Shown here in pieces: positions 44,506-52,986 of a DNA stretch of 62,218 nucleotides (the first letter of the stretch is position 1; the number at the start of each line of letters is the position of its first letter). The stretch is taken from NCBI GenBank assembly GCA_016926985.1, contig JAFGNO010000192.1:1-62218 (forward strand), given 5' to 3'. The translations under genes and the position numbers were made by a program. The stretch comes from Anaerolineae bacterium (GTDB lineage: Bacteria; Chloroflexota; Anaerolineae; Aggregatilineales; UBA3940). The notes beneath the pieces are model-generated. The model was not told the origin of the DNA, searched no databases, and saw nothing but the letters and a program-made list of their open reading frames with translations.

Positions 44506-46413
44506 TTACTGCCGTTTTCCCCGATTGGAAACCGGGACAACGGGCGGGCACTTCCAGGCTTGTGACGGCGTTTTAGCTCGCTCTGAAGCAAAGGCAGGCA
44601 AAATGCCGCAGGCGTAACACTGCTGCCGACAGTCTTCGCGGATTTTCCCTCGCTGGCTCATCAGGTAGTCCTGCAAGAGATACTTTTTCCGGACGCCAGT
44701 GCTTATGTGATCCCAGGCAAAGACCTCATCCGTTGGTCGTAGGCGGTGGGTATAGAAGAACGGATCGATGTCATTTTCCTCCAATGCCTGCATCCAGGCT
44801 GCATGTTGATAATGCTCCTGCCATGCATCGAATTTGCTGCCAAGTTCCCATGCGCGCGATATGACTGGCCCCAATCGGCGGTCCCCACGTGAGAGCAGGC
44901 CTTCCAGGAGTGTCTCTTCTACCCGGTTCCAGCGCAACTGCAGTCCCTTGCCCCGTATTTCTCGTTTTAACAGGTTGAGCTTGGCTTCTATCTGATCGAA
45001 AGCATCCATTGTCACCCACTGAAAGGGTGTATGGGGCTTCGGGATAAATGTACTGACGCTCACATTCACGGAGGCCCGCAATCCATGAAGCTTGCGTCCT
45101 TCCGTAAGCACCGCTTTTGACAGATCGACAATGGCCTGCACATCAGCAATGGTTTCAGATGGATGCCCAATCATGAAATACAGTTTTATTGTCCGCCAAC
45201 CCCTTTTATACACGGCATGGGCTGCGTCCAGAACCTGTCGATCCGGGACAAACTTGTTGATGATTCTGCGCATATGCTCTGTCGCAGCTTCCGGCGCAAA
45301 AGTAAAACCACCACGTTTATTTTCTTTCAGCGCCTCCATCAGATCGGCGCTGGATGATTCGATCCGTAAGCTGGGGAGGCCGATCGAAAGATGCCGCCCC
45401 GCGAAGTGATGGCTTATGGTTTCAACCAGGTCGACGATTGATGAATAATCCGACGAGGAGAGAGATAACAGGGCTGCTTCCTCATAGCCGGTGACGGAGA
45501 CAGCCTTTTCAATTGCCAGGACGATATCCTCAATGCTGCGCTCTCTAACGGGGCGTGTTACCATCCCGGCATGGCAGAACCGGCATCCGCGCGTGCAGCC
45601 ACGCATGATCTCAATGGGCACCCGGTTGTGTACCGTGTCGATGTTCGGGACAACAAACTGCGTTGGGGGAGGGGGAAGAACAGCAACGAGCCGCTTGAGC
45701 ACCGGGTATTGGGCATGTGGGTGATTTGTTTCTACCTTCTGAATGGTCCCGTTGTCATGATAGGTTACATCGTAGAACCGGGGGATATACACGCCAGGTA
45801 TGCGGGCCAATCGTTCAAATTGCTGCGCCCTATTGGCCTCGGAAAGCTTCAAATCCTTTACAGCTTCGGTAATCTCAATGATCGCCTCTTCCCCTTCACC
45901 AATGACAAACAGGTCGATAAAGTCCGCCAATGGTTCCGGGTTATAGCAGGCATGGCCTCCGGCAATGACCAGCGGCATTGAGTGATCCCGTTCCCGGCTG
46001 AGCAGGGGCAGACCGGAAAGCGAGAGCACTTGCAGGACATTGGTGTATAGCTGTTCATAGGGGATGCTGATAGCCAGAATGTCAAACGCGGATACCGGGT
46101 GTTTTGTCTCCAGCGAATAGAGAGGGATACCGGCTTTGCTCATCTGGTTTTCCATATCGGGCCACGGGAGATAAACGCGTTCAGCAAGCATGTCATCACG
46201 CCGGTTGATCAGCTCGTAGAATATCGCTAACCCAAGATTCGGCATTCCGATCTCATATACATCCGGAAAACACAGGGCCGCTTTCAGGTCAATTGTGTCC
46301 CAGCGCTTCACGACGGCGTTGTATTCGCCGCCAACATACCGGCCCGGTATCTGGACTTTGAGTAGAAAGCTGGAGAGCGCCTGGTCAATCTGGTCAGGTG
46401 AAAGCATGGGCAA
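44506..46413 (-). CDS. TIGR03960-type B12-binding-domain/radical SAM protein
   Basis: 635 aa. It has an N-terminal Rossmann-like domain, the MRGCTRGCRFCHAG (CxxxCxxC) cluster and a long conserved C-terminal extension. Its usual partner (TIGR03936) is at 51171-51851. Confidence 0.8.
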   Translation of the reverse strand: MPMLSPDQIDQALSSFLLKVQIPGRYVGGEYNAVVKRWDTIDLKAALCFPDVYEIGMPNLGLAIFYELINRRDDMLAERVYLPWPDMENQMSKAGIPLYSLETKHPVSAFDILAISIPYEQLYTNVLQVLSLSGLPLLSRERDHSMPLVIAGGHACYNPEPLADFIDLFVIGEGEEAIIEITEAVKDLKLSEANRAQQFERLARIPGVYIPRFYDVTYHDNGTIQKVETNHPHAQYPVLKRLVAVLPPPPTQFVVPNIDTVHNRVPIEIMRGCTRGCRFCHAGMVTRPVRERSIEDIVLAIEKAVSVTGYEEAALLSLSSSDYSSIVDLVETISHHFAGRHLSIGLPSLRIESSSADLMEALKENKRGGFTFAPEAATEHMRRIINKFVPDRQVLDAAHAVYKRGWRTIKLYFMIGHPSETIADVQAIVDLSKAVLTEGRKLHGLRASVNVSVSTFIPKPHTPFQWVTMDAFDQIEAKLNLLKREIRGKGLQLRWNRVEETLLEGLLSRGDRRLGPVISRAWELGSKFDAWQEHYQHAAWMQALEENDIDPFFYTHRLRPTDEVFAWDHISTGVRKKYLLQDYLMSQRGKIREDCRQQCYACGILPAFASERAKTPSQAWKCPPVVPVSNRGKRQ

Positions 46414-46439
46414 TTAGTAGAACTCCTGAAAGGAAACAT

Positions 46440-46466
46440 ACAGCCGGGCTCGCAGGCTCCGGCTGT
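46440..46466 (-). promoter_or_regulatory. Terminator-like hairpin located between the candidate promoter and the radical SAM start codon
   Basis: The minus strand reads ACAGCCGG-11 nt-CCGGCUGU followed by AUGUUUCCUUUC, then the AGGAG SD and the ATG at 46413. Confidence 0.4.
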
Positions 46467-46490
46467 TGTATTCGCATTTCCGTTAGGGGA

Positions 46491-46520
46491 AGTATACTGC
46501 GTGAGTTCACCCGTTTGCAA
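46491..46520 (-). promoter_or_regulatory. Candidate promoter for the TIGR03960 radical SAM gene
   Basis: The minus strand reads TTGCAA-18 nt-TATACT, in the 117-nt gap after the TlpA-like gene. Confidence 0.45.
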
Positions 46521-46530
46521 AGATGGATGA

Positions 46531-47136
46531 TCAGGGGGAGGGGGATTGTCCGTTCAGTATGTCTGAGATATATCCATCAACCAGTTGTTCCGTCAAAATT
46601 CCCAGGTGTTCTATGCGGATAATACCCTCTGGATCAATCCAGATAGTAGTGGGCAATGGACGCACCTCATACAACGCCATAATATCGCCCGCGGGGTCCA
46701 GGACAATGGTGAATGAAAGTGAAAGCTCTTCAACAAAACCCCGGACAATATCCTCGCTTTCCCCGACATTGACTGCCAGAATGACCAGCTCGCTGCTCGC
46801 ATAACGCCAGTGAGCGGCCTCAAGCACAGGCATTTCAATCCGGCAGGGGGCACACCAGCTTGCCCAGAAATTGAGTGCTACGATTCTTCCCCTGAACTGG
46901 CTCAACTGGATCGTCTCTCCGGTGCTGCTCAGTGAGGTGAAATCGGGCGCAATTTGCCCTGCACTGATGCTGTCGGGGATGGGTGTTGGGCCTCCGGGGG
47001 GGACTATGGAACCGGTTCTTGTTGGGTTAAGAATGGTGAACAGCGCCATTAGCATGCCGACAACCAGCCCTGAACCCATGATGATCACAAGGGCAACAGG
47101 GAATGACCTGCCCTGGTCTGGAAGCTTGCCAGTCAT
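46531..47136 (-). CDS. TlpA/ResA-like membrane-anchored thiol-disulfide oxidoreductase
   Basis: 201 aa. It has an N-terminal TM helix and FWASWCAPCRIEMP (WCxxC thioredoxin motif). Confidence 0.85.
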   Translation of the reverse strand: MTGKLPDQGRSFPVALVIIMGSGLVVGMLMALFTILNPTRTGSIVPPGGPTPIPDSISAGQIAPDFTSLSSTGETIQLSQFRGRIVALNFWASWCAPCRIEMPVLEAAHWRYASSELVILAVNVGESEDIVRGFVEELSLSFTIVLDPAGDIMALYEVRPLPTTIWIDPEGIIRIEHLGILTEQLVDGYISDILNGQSPSP

Positions 47137-47157
47137 GATGGCATTCCCGCTGCTGCT

Positions 47158-48522
47158 TTAAGGCAGCCAATGCGCCATAAAACCATTGTCCACTACCTTA
47201 TCGATCTTCTCCGTTTCCAGGTCGTATATCCAGATTTCCGCCTGGGCCTGCGTTCCACCCAGGGCAAATCGCTGGAAGAGCAGATGGGTTCCTGCAGGAT
47301 GCCACGCCAGCTGCGTATTATTGTAGTTGGCATCAGCAGTTATCTCAGCCAGGGTCCCGGCTTCCAGATTGTAGAGCATCAACTGGCTGCCCATTCCGAG
47401 CGTTCGGTCAATTCGTCTGCTGGTAAAGGCCAGCCATCTGCCATCAGGCGACCAGGCAGGCCCCCGGTCTTCCTGTGCATCTTCAAACAATCGGCGCAGC
47501 CCCCCGTTCTCACTCAGGTCTGCCAGCCAGATTTCAGTGTAATACTGCCTGCCCACAGGGTGGATGTCTGTGTAGGCAATCAGTCTGCTGTCAGGTGAGA
47601 ATACGCCCGAATCGCCCATGCTGTTTGGCGCCAGGCTGTTAGCGCCTGTTTCGATAAAGACTATCCGGATTGAGGCGATATTTGCGTCAAAGAACGCCAG
47701 GTATTTGCCGTCGGGGCTCCATACAGGCTGGATTCCCAGCACCTGGTTGTCTTCAAATATCGGTGTGTTAGTCTCACTTATCGTGTCATATACCCATATA
47801 CGCGATGGAGACAGCATTCCACTGTCAGTCAGGACTTGCCGCTCATAGGCCAGGAGCCGCCCATCCGGTGACCAGGCAGGAGACCCGCATGAACCCGGGA
47901 GGCAGTCAATAAGGATTTTCTGCCCCCCGGTATCAATGCTGACCGACCAGATGTGATGGCGCCCGTCGCCATCATTGACGGTAATGGCTAACTGCCGGTC
48001 GGGGCTGGTAGGGTTGATTGAGTAGTCGTATATGCCGTCGTTGTGGGTGAACACGCTGACCGGTTGCGCGCCGCTCTCCGGGATTAACCACAGCGTGTCA
48101 GCGGTTGCATCAGCAGGCGCCAGGTAGAGAACACCGGGTTCTCGGGGCGTAAATGACCATCTGAAATCTCGCTTAATTTTTCGACCGGATAAAGATACCC
48201 CACCAGCCGACAAAACCACCTCATACTCCTGACCGGGTGTAAATGCTTGTTCCGGTATGAATACCAGGTTATTCCCTTCCCAGGTGATTGCGCCAGCAAC
48301 GGGTGGCGTGATCGAAAACCGGCCTTCGATGCTTGTTGTATTCACTGGTTCGCTGAATGAGAGCATAATCTCCGTGATGAGTGGGGGATTGTTGTCTTCA
48401 GGTGTGGTCAGCCTGACTGTCACACCCCGGCTGCTGCCAATCCATATCTCTATACCCAAAACGGCTATCAGGAGGGCGATGGTGGACAGCACCAGGCGGT
48501 CAAAGCGGTCGGGTCTTGACAT
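47158..48522 (-). CDS. Membrane-anchored Ig-like (SbsA/Big_5-type) + PD40/TolB-like beta-propeller protein
   Basis: 454 aa with an N-terminal TM helix. The Ig-like module reads MLSFSEPVNTTSIEGRFSITP...YEVVL. It has repeated (A/V)WSPDG(R/K).LA(F/Y) PD40 units (at least 4). Confidence 0.75.
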   Translation of the reverse strand: MSRPDRFDRLVLSTIALLIAVLGIEIWIGSSRGVTVRLTTPEDNNPPLITEIMLSFSEPVNTTSIEGRFSITPPVAGAITWEGNNLVFIPEQAFTPGQEYEVVLSAGGVSLSGRKIKRDFRWSFTPREPGVLYLAPADATADTLWLIPESGAQPVSVFTHNDGIYDYSINPTSPDRQLAITVNDGDGRHHIWSVSIDTGGQKILIDCLPGSCGSPAWSPDGRLLAYERQVLTDSGMLSPSRIWVYDTISETNTPIFEDNQVLGIQPVWSPDGKYLAFFDANIASIRIVFIETGANSLAPNSMGDSGVFSPDSRLIAYTDIHPVGRQYYTEIWLADLSENGGLRRLFEDAQEDRGPAWSPDGRWLAFTSRRIDRTLGMGSQLMLYNLEAGTLAEITADANYNNTQLAWHPAGTHLLFQRFALGGTQAQAEIWIYDLETEKIDKVVDNGFMAHWLP

Positions 48523-48526
48523 GGCG

Positions 48527-49270
48527 TTATGGATAAAGATAGGGTTGCTCAGGCTGCTGGATTGGCTGGATGCTCTCAGCCATCAAGATGATGGTTGGTA
48601 CACCATCCAGCATGCCCTCGCTAAAATGACCCTGGGCGCGAACCCACGAATCAACTGGAAGACCTGAGACATCCGGGGACTGAACGACCAGCCCAACCGC
48701 AATGGCATCAGCCACACAGCAGGTGATGACAAATCGCCCAACCATGATCTGGTCTGCCGACAGCCTGCTGCCCCGGTATACAAAACCGATCACTTCTGCT
48801 TCCACACCGTTCAAAGCAGTCGGGTCGGTCTGAGCATGGATAATCCGCGCCCAGTCGAGCAGATTCCTTTCTCCAGGTATGGCAGCCAGGGTGTGTTGCT
48901 CTGCGCTTTCGGAACCACCCGGGGCCATGGCAAATCCCCTGTTAGTAACAGCCCCGGCGCCCAGCGGTTGGGCAGGAACCAGCACTCCCAGAATGAGGGG
49001 CAGTGTTACCAGAAGCATCGACCAGGCGGCTTTCCTGTTTCCCTCATATCGGTCGGTTTTGGCTGTACCGGCTGGCTGCTGTTGATCCACCAGATTGTAG
49101 GAACTGGCAATGGCAATCAGCAGGATCACCGCCAGCAGTACCAGCCAGCCAAATCGCGTTCCGATATAGAAGTAGAGCGTACCGCTGACCAGCTTCTGGG
49201 CGAAAAAAATAGCCATAAGAATGAGCAGCAGGGCTTGCAGCCGCCGGTGGAGAGAATGAGAACTTCTCAT
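48527..49270 (-). CDS. TIGR03943/DUF1980-family membrane protein (partner of the COG0701 permease)
   Basis: 247 aa. It has two N-terminal TM helices and a C-terminal domain with the FVITCCVADA motif. It lies immediately downstream (2-nt gap) of the permease. Confidence 0.75.
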   Translation of the reverse strand: MRSSHSLHRRLQALLLILMAIFFAQKLVSGTLYFYIGTRFGWLVLLAVILLIAIASSYNLVDQQQPAGTAKTDRYEGNRKAAWSMLLVTLPLILGVLVPAQPLGAGAVTNRGFAMAPGGSESAEQHTLAAIPGERNLLDWARIIHAQTDPTALNGVEAEVIGFVYRGSRLSADQIMVGRFVITCCVADAIAVGLVVQSPDVSGLPVDSWVRAQGHFSEGMLDGVPTIILMAESIQPIQQPEQPYLYP

Positions 49271-49272
49271 CG

Positions 49273-50199
49273 TTATCCACCTCCGACCAGGTTAATAAAC
49301 AGGCTGGATACCATAGACAGGAGCAGCGTGAGCAGAAACAGGTAGATCACATATTTCTGTTTGAATACTCCCAGAAACATCAGCGTGCTTTTAATATCGA
49401 TCATTGGGCCAAATACCAGAAACCCCAGCACCGACCCGGTTGTGAACGTGTTGATAAAAGCCAGCGCCAGGAATGCATCCACCGTAGAGCAGATCGCAAG
49501 AACGTATGCCAGCAGGTGCATGATTGCTACGGATAGGACTGGCCCGGACCCCGCAGAAAGCAGGGCGCTCCGGGGAAAGACAGTTTGCATCAATGATGCC
49601 AGCAGTGAACCGATGATCAGGTATGGTGCCATTTCAAAGAATTCTTCTCCTGCGTGGCTCATAGCATGGCGCAGCCGGCTTGGTAGCGGGAGCTTGTTAT
49701 GATGGATGTGGTCGCAGGATGTGGCTGCATCTTCAGTTTGTCTTATCGACGCCTGTCGCAGGATTTGAGATGGGTTGTTATGAAAGGAGAAGACGATTCC
49801 TATGCTGACGGCGATGGCAAAACCCAGTAGAAAACGACCAATCAGGATTGGTCCCCAGCCAAATGCAGCATAGGTGCTTGCCATGACCACCGGGTTGATG
49901 ATGGGTGCAGCAAGGAGGAAGCTCAGCCCTGCCGATATGGGGAGCCCTTTGTTAAACAGCCGTCTGGTCAGTGGCACAACCCCGCATTCACATACCGGGA
50001 ATGTCAATCCCAGCAGTCCACCAACGAACGCAGCAAGGAATTGGCTGCGGGGCATAAATTGCTTGAAACTGTCTTGGCTGACAAAGACTTCAACCAGTCC
50101 GGATGCGACTGATCCAAGCAGCAGGAATGGTACAGCTTCGACAAATATACCCAGGAAAACAGTGGTGAAGGTGATAATGCTCTCGCGTATGGCTGCCAG
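49273..50199 (-). CDS. COG0701/UPF0718-type permease; proposed CTG start (canonical-start ORF 49273-50055 lacks the first TM helix)
   Basis: It carries the FPVCECGVVP motif typical of the family. The frame stays open 48 codons upstream of the ATG at 50055. That stretch encodes AAIRESIITFTTVFLGIFVEAVPFLLLGSVASGLVEVF, the family's N-terminal helix. There is no in-frame ATG, GTG or TTG before the TGA at 50244-50242. GGGAGG (50214-50209) lies 9 nt upstream of the CTG at 50199-50197. Confidence 0.6.
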   Translation of the reverse strand: MAAIRESIITFTTVFLGIFVEAVPFLLLGSVASGLVEVFVSQDSFKQFMPRSQFLAAFVGGLLGLTFPVCECGVVPLTRRLFNKGLPISAGLSFLLAAPIINPVVMASTYAAFGWGPILIGRFLLGFAIAVSIGIVFSFHNNPSQILRQASIRQTEDAATSCDHIHHNKLPLPSRLRHAMSHAGEEFFEMAPYLIIGSLLASLMQTVFPRSALLSAGSGPVLSVAIMHLLAYVLAICSTVDAFLALAFINTFTTGSVLGFLVFGPMIDIKSTLMFLGVFKQKYVIYLFLLTLLLSMVSSLFINLVGGG

Positions 50200-50310
50200 G
50201 ACCCTTATCCTCCCGGATTGGTGAATGGGTATCAGGTTTTCTCAGGCGACCGCTTCGGTGATTATAGCGGATACAGGAGACAGTTCCTATTTGGTGGACG
50301 GGCGTGATTC

Positions 50311-50339
50311 TTGCTGCCATATCCACATTATGCTACGAT
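50311..50339 (+). promoter_or_regulatory. Promoter for the hypothetical/TIGR03936/URO-D-like unit
   Basis: TTGCTG-17 nt-TACGAT, with TG at the extended -10 position (TGcTACGAT), 42 nt upstream of the ATG at 50382. Confidence 0.5.
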
Positions 50340-50381
50340 GGAAACACATTTCAGGACAACCGGCCCACGAGGAAAAGCTCA

Positions 50382-51161
50382 ATGGCACAGCCTTTGGATC
50401 AGAATTACGACTACCTGGATATCCAGACCCTCACAAACCTGCTTTCCAATCCGGAAAAGGGAGCAGACATCCATGCGGCTGCATTTAAGGCAATGTGCAA
50501 GCTGGGGCCGGATGGGCGCCGGGCCGGCATTGTCTCTGTTATGCGCAGTATCATTAAACGCCCGGAGAAGTATGAGACGGATCTGATGATGGGCGTGGTT
50601 GAGATACTGGCAACCGATCCCGATCCAGACGCAACTGTTGCCATGCTTGAATTGCTGCCTGAAGTGCTTGATTCGGCAATGAAATACCGTGACCGGCTGT
50701 CTCCTGAGTTTCGGGAGTATTTTTACGAAGCCCTGGTTACGCGGTCACGGGATGGCGACCTGGATATCTGGGCTGAATGGCTGCCCAAAATGACAGGTAA
50801 AATACTGGTGGCAGCGCTGCTTGATCCGGTCGGAAAGGCACTGGAAGCAATTGAGCCCCTGGTCCTGCTTGACCGTCTTGCGGAGCCGGAGAGAACCAGT
50901 GCCTACATGGGACTGATTGCAATGAAAGCAGCAACAGCGCAGCGAGAAGAACTGATGGAAATCGCTGCGAATCTGCAGGAATCAAACAATCCGGAACAGC
51001 TCGAAAAGGGCCTGGACAGTTGGGCAAAACGCTACGACAAGGCTAAAGAACAGGGTAGCAAGCGGTATGCCGCGAATATGCAGGCAATGCTTGCGCTGCT
51101 GGACAGCCGTCCCCGAACAGCAATCGAAAAACTGACAGGCAAGCGCCCCTGGGCTTCGTAA
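50382..51161 (+). CDS. Hypothetical all-helical protein (ARM/HEAT-like by composition)
   Basis: 259 aa from MAQPLDQNYDYLDIQTL. A GAGGA SD is present and a promoter is predicted at 50311-50339. I recognise no family. Its stop lies 9 nt before the TIGR03936 gene. Confidence 0.55.
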   Translation: MAQPLDQNYDYLDIQTLTNLLSNPEKGADIHAAAFKAMCKLGPDGRRAGIVSVMRSIIKRPEKYETDLMMGVVEILATDPDPDATVAMLELLPEVLDSAMKYRDRLSPEFREYFYEALVTRSRDGDLDIWAEWLPKMTGKILVAALLDPVGKALEAIEPLVLLDRLAEPERTSAYMGLIAMKAATAQREELMEIAANLQESNNPEQLEKGLDSWAKRYDKAKEQGSKRYAANMQAMLALLDSRPRTAIEKLTGKRPWAS

Positions 51162-51170
51162 GTACTGTTC

Positions 51171-51851
51171 ATGCTTGAGACCAACACCCCTTCTGAACAA
51201 AGTTCTCGTTTGCGTATTGAGTTTGGGAAACGGGGTATATTGCGTTACACATCCCACCTCGATCTGGCGCGCATCTGGGAACGAACGCTGCTGCGTGCAC
51301 AGGTCCCACTGATTTATTCCCAGGGATTTAACCCGCGTCCGAAGATGCAATTTGCCGCAGCCTTGCCATTGGGCGCGGAAAGCACCTGTGAATTGCTTGA
51401 TATCTGGGTCCACGGCAATTTCCACGATCTTCAAGAACTTCAGAGAGTGTTGGTCGATTCAGGTCCACAGGGACTTGAAGTCTATGCCATCCACCCTGCT
51501 GAATTGAGCCTGCCTCCTCTCCAGATGCTTACTCATGCAGCAATATACCGGGTTGAATTAGCAGAGGCATGTTCCTGCGATGAGATCAGCCGCAGGGTAG
51601 GGGAGTTTCTGCGCGCTACAGAGCTGATCCGGATAAGACGCGGCAAGTCTTACAACCTTCGGCCTCTTGTTCGGGATATCCAAATAATCTGCGAACAGTC
51701 TTCCCCGGCGACTTTGATGCTTGATCTCCTGCTATCCCAACAGGAAGGGACCGGGCGCCCGGACGAAGTTGTCCATGCTCTCGGCTGTGATCCTGCGCTG
51801 GTACGCATAACCCGTATCGCGATAGACTTGCATCAGTCTTCAGCAATCTGA
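51171..51851 (+). CDS. TIGR03936/DUF2344 radical SAM-linked protein
   Basis: 226 aa. RLRIEFGKRGILRYTSHLDLARIWERTLLRAQVPLIYSQGFNPRPKMQFAAALPLG is the DUF2344 signature. Confidence 0.82.
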   Translation: MLETNTPSEQSSRLRIEFGKRGILRYTSHLDLARIWERTLLRAQVPLIYSQGFNPRPKMQFAAALPLGAESTCELLDIWVHGNFHDLQELQRVLVDSGPQGLEVYAIHPAELSLPPLQMLTHAAIYRVELAEACSCDEISRRVGEFLRATELIRIRRGKSYNLRPLVRDIQIICEQSSPATLMLDLLLSQQEGTGRPDEVVHALGCDPALVRITRIAIDLHQSSAI

Positions 51852-51969
51852 AAATTCCACAAAAACCTGATGAGACCAGAAGCACCTGCAATGGTATAAT
51901 ATGGGATGCCAATGGCGGGGCAAGCAATTGCCGTGTCTGCCAATCTCAGCACATCGACAGGTGGTATGT

Positions 51970-52959
51970 ATGAACAAACGTGAGCGTCTTCAGGCGACAA
52001 TTCGCGGCGAACCGGCAGATCGGGTTGCCGTTGCCTTGTGGCGGCATTGGCCGGGTGATGATCAGCGCCCGGAAGATCAGGCCGCCGCCCATATTGCGTT
52101 TCAGAAGCAGTACGACTGGGATTTTGTCAAGGTATCCCCTTCCAGCAGTTTTTGCATCTCTGATTGGGGTGTGGCGGATTCGTGGGTTGGCAATATAGAG
52201 GGGACACGCACCTATCAAAAGCGTGTCATTGATCAACCGGAGGACTGGCTGTCGTTGAAGGTCCTGGATCCCGAGGTGGGTTCGCTGGGCAGGCAGCTAA
52301 AATGCCTTGAAATACTATCCCAGGCTTTTGGCACAGATGTGCCGTTTATCCAGACAATTTTCAATCCATTGTCTCAGGCGAAGAATCTGGCCGGTCAGGA
52401 GCGGTTGCTGCTGCATGCGCGTCAGAACGCCGGGCAGGTGCATTATGCCCTCCAGACTATTGCCGACACAACCGTCCGCTTCATTCAGGCAGCACGCAGC
52501 CGGGGGATTTCCGGCGTGTATTTTGCCGTTCAGCACGCCAGTTATCACGTTATGAGTGAGGCTGAGTATCAGGTATTTGGCATCCCTTACGACAAGCAGG
52601 TCTTATCTGCCATCGACGATCTCTGGCTGAATGTTCTGCATTTACATGGGCCAGACAGCATGTTCAAACTTCTGTCAGATTATCCAGTGCAGGTTGTCAA
52701 CTGGCATGATCGGGTCTCACCTCCGGGCCTCACAACCGGGCTGAAAAAGATCAAAGGCGCGGCCAGCGGTGGTGTGGATCGGGATGCGCTCCACAAGGAA
52801 GACCCTGCCGAATTCATCGAACAGGCCCGTGACGCTTATCAACAGACTGGCGGCAAACGCTGGATACTGGGAACAGGGTGCGTGGCATTGGTGACCACAC
52901 CGGTTGGGAATATCCGTCGCTTCCGCGCATTGGCCGATGAGTTTATACCGGGTAAATAA
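51970..52959 (+). CDS. Uroporphyrinogen decarboxylase (URO-D) superfamily protein, MtaA/CmuA-like
   Basis: 329 aa from MNKRERLQATIRGEPADRVAV, the typical URO-D-like N-terminus. TIM-barrel length fits, and LHLHG and LGTGC blocks are present. Its function cannot be determined by eye. Confidence 0.65.
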   Translation: MNKRERLQATIRGEPADRVAVALWRHWPGDDQRPEDQAAAHIAFQKQYDWDFVKVSPSSSFCISDWGVADSWVGNIEGTRTYQKRVIDQPEDWLSLKVLDPEVGSLGRQLKCLEILSQAFGTDVPFIQTIFNPLSQAKNLAGQERLLLHARQNAGQVHYALQTIADTTVRFIQAARSRGISGVYFAVQHASYHVMSEAEYQVFGIPYDKQVLSAIDDLWLNVLHLHGPDSMFKLLSDYPVQVVNWHDRVSPPGLTTGLKKIKGAASGGVDRDALHKEDPAEFIEQARDAYQQTGGKRWILGTGCVALVTTPVGNIRRFRALADEFIPGK

Positions 52960-52986
52960 GTTCCCCGGCTTTCCGGGCTGCCTGTC

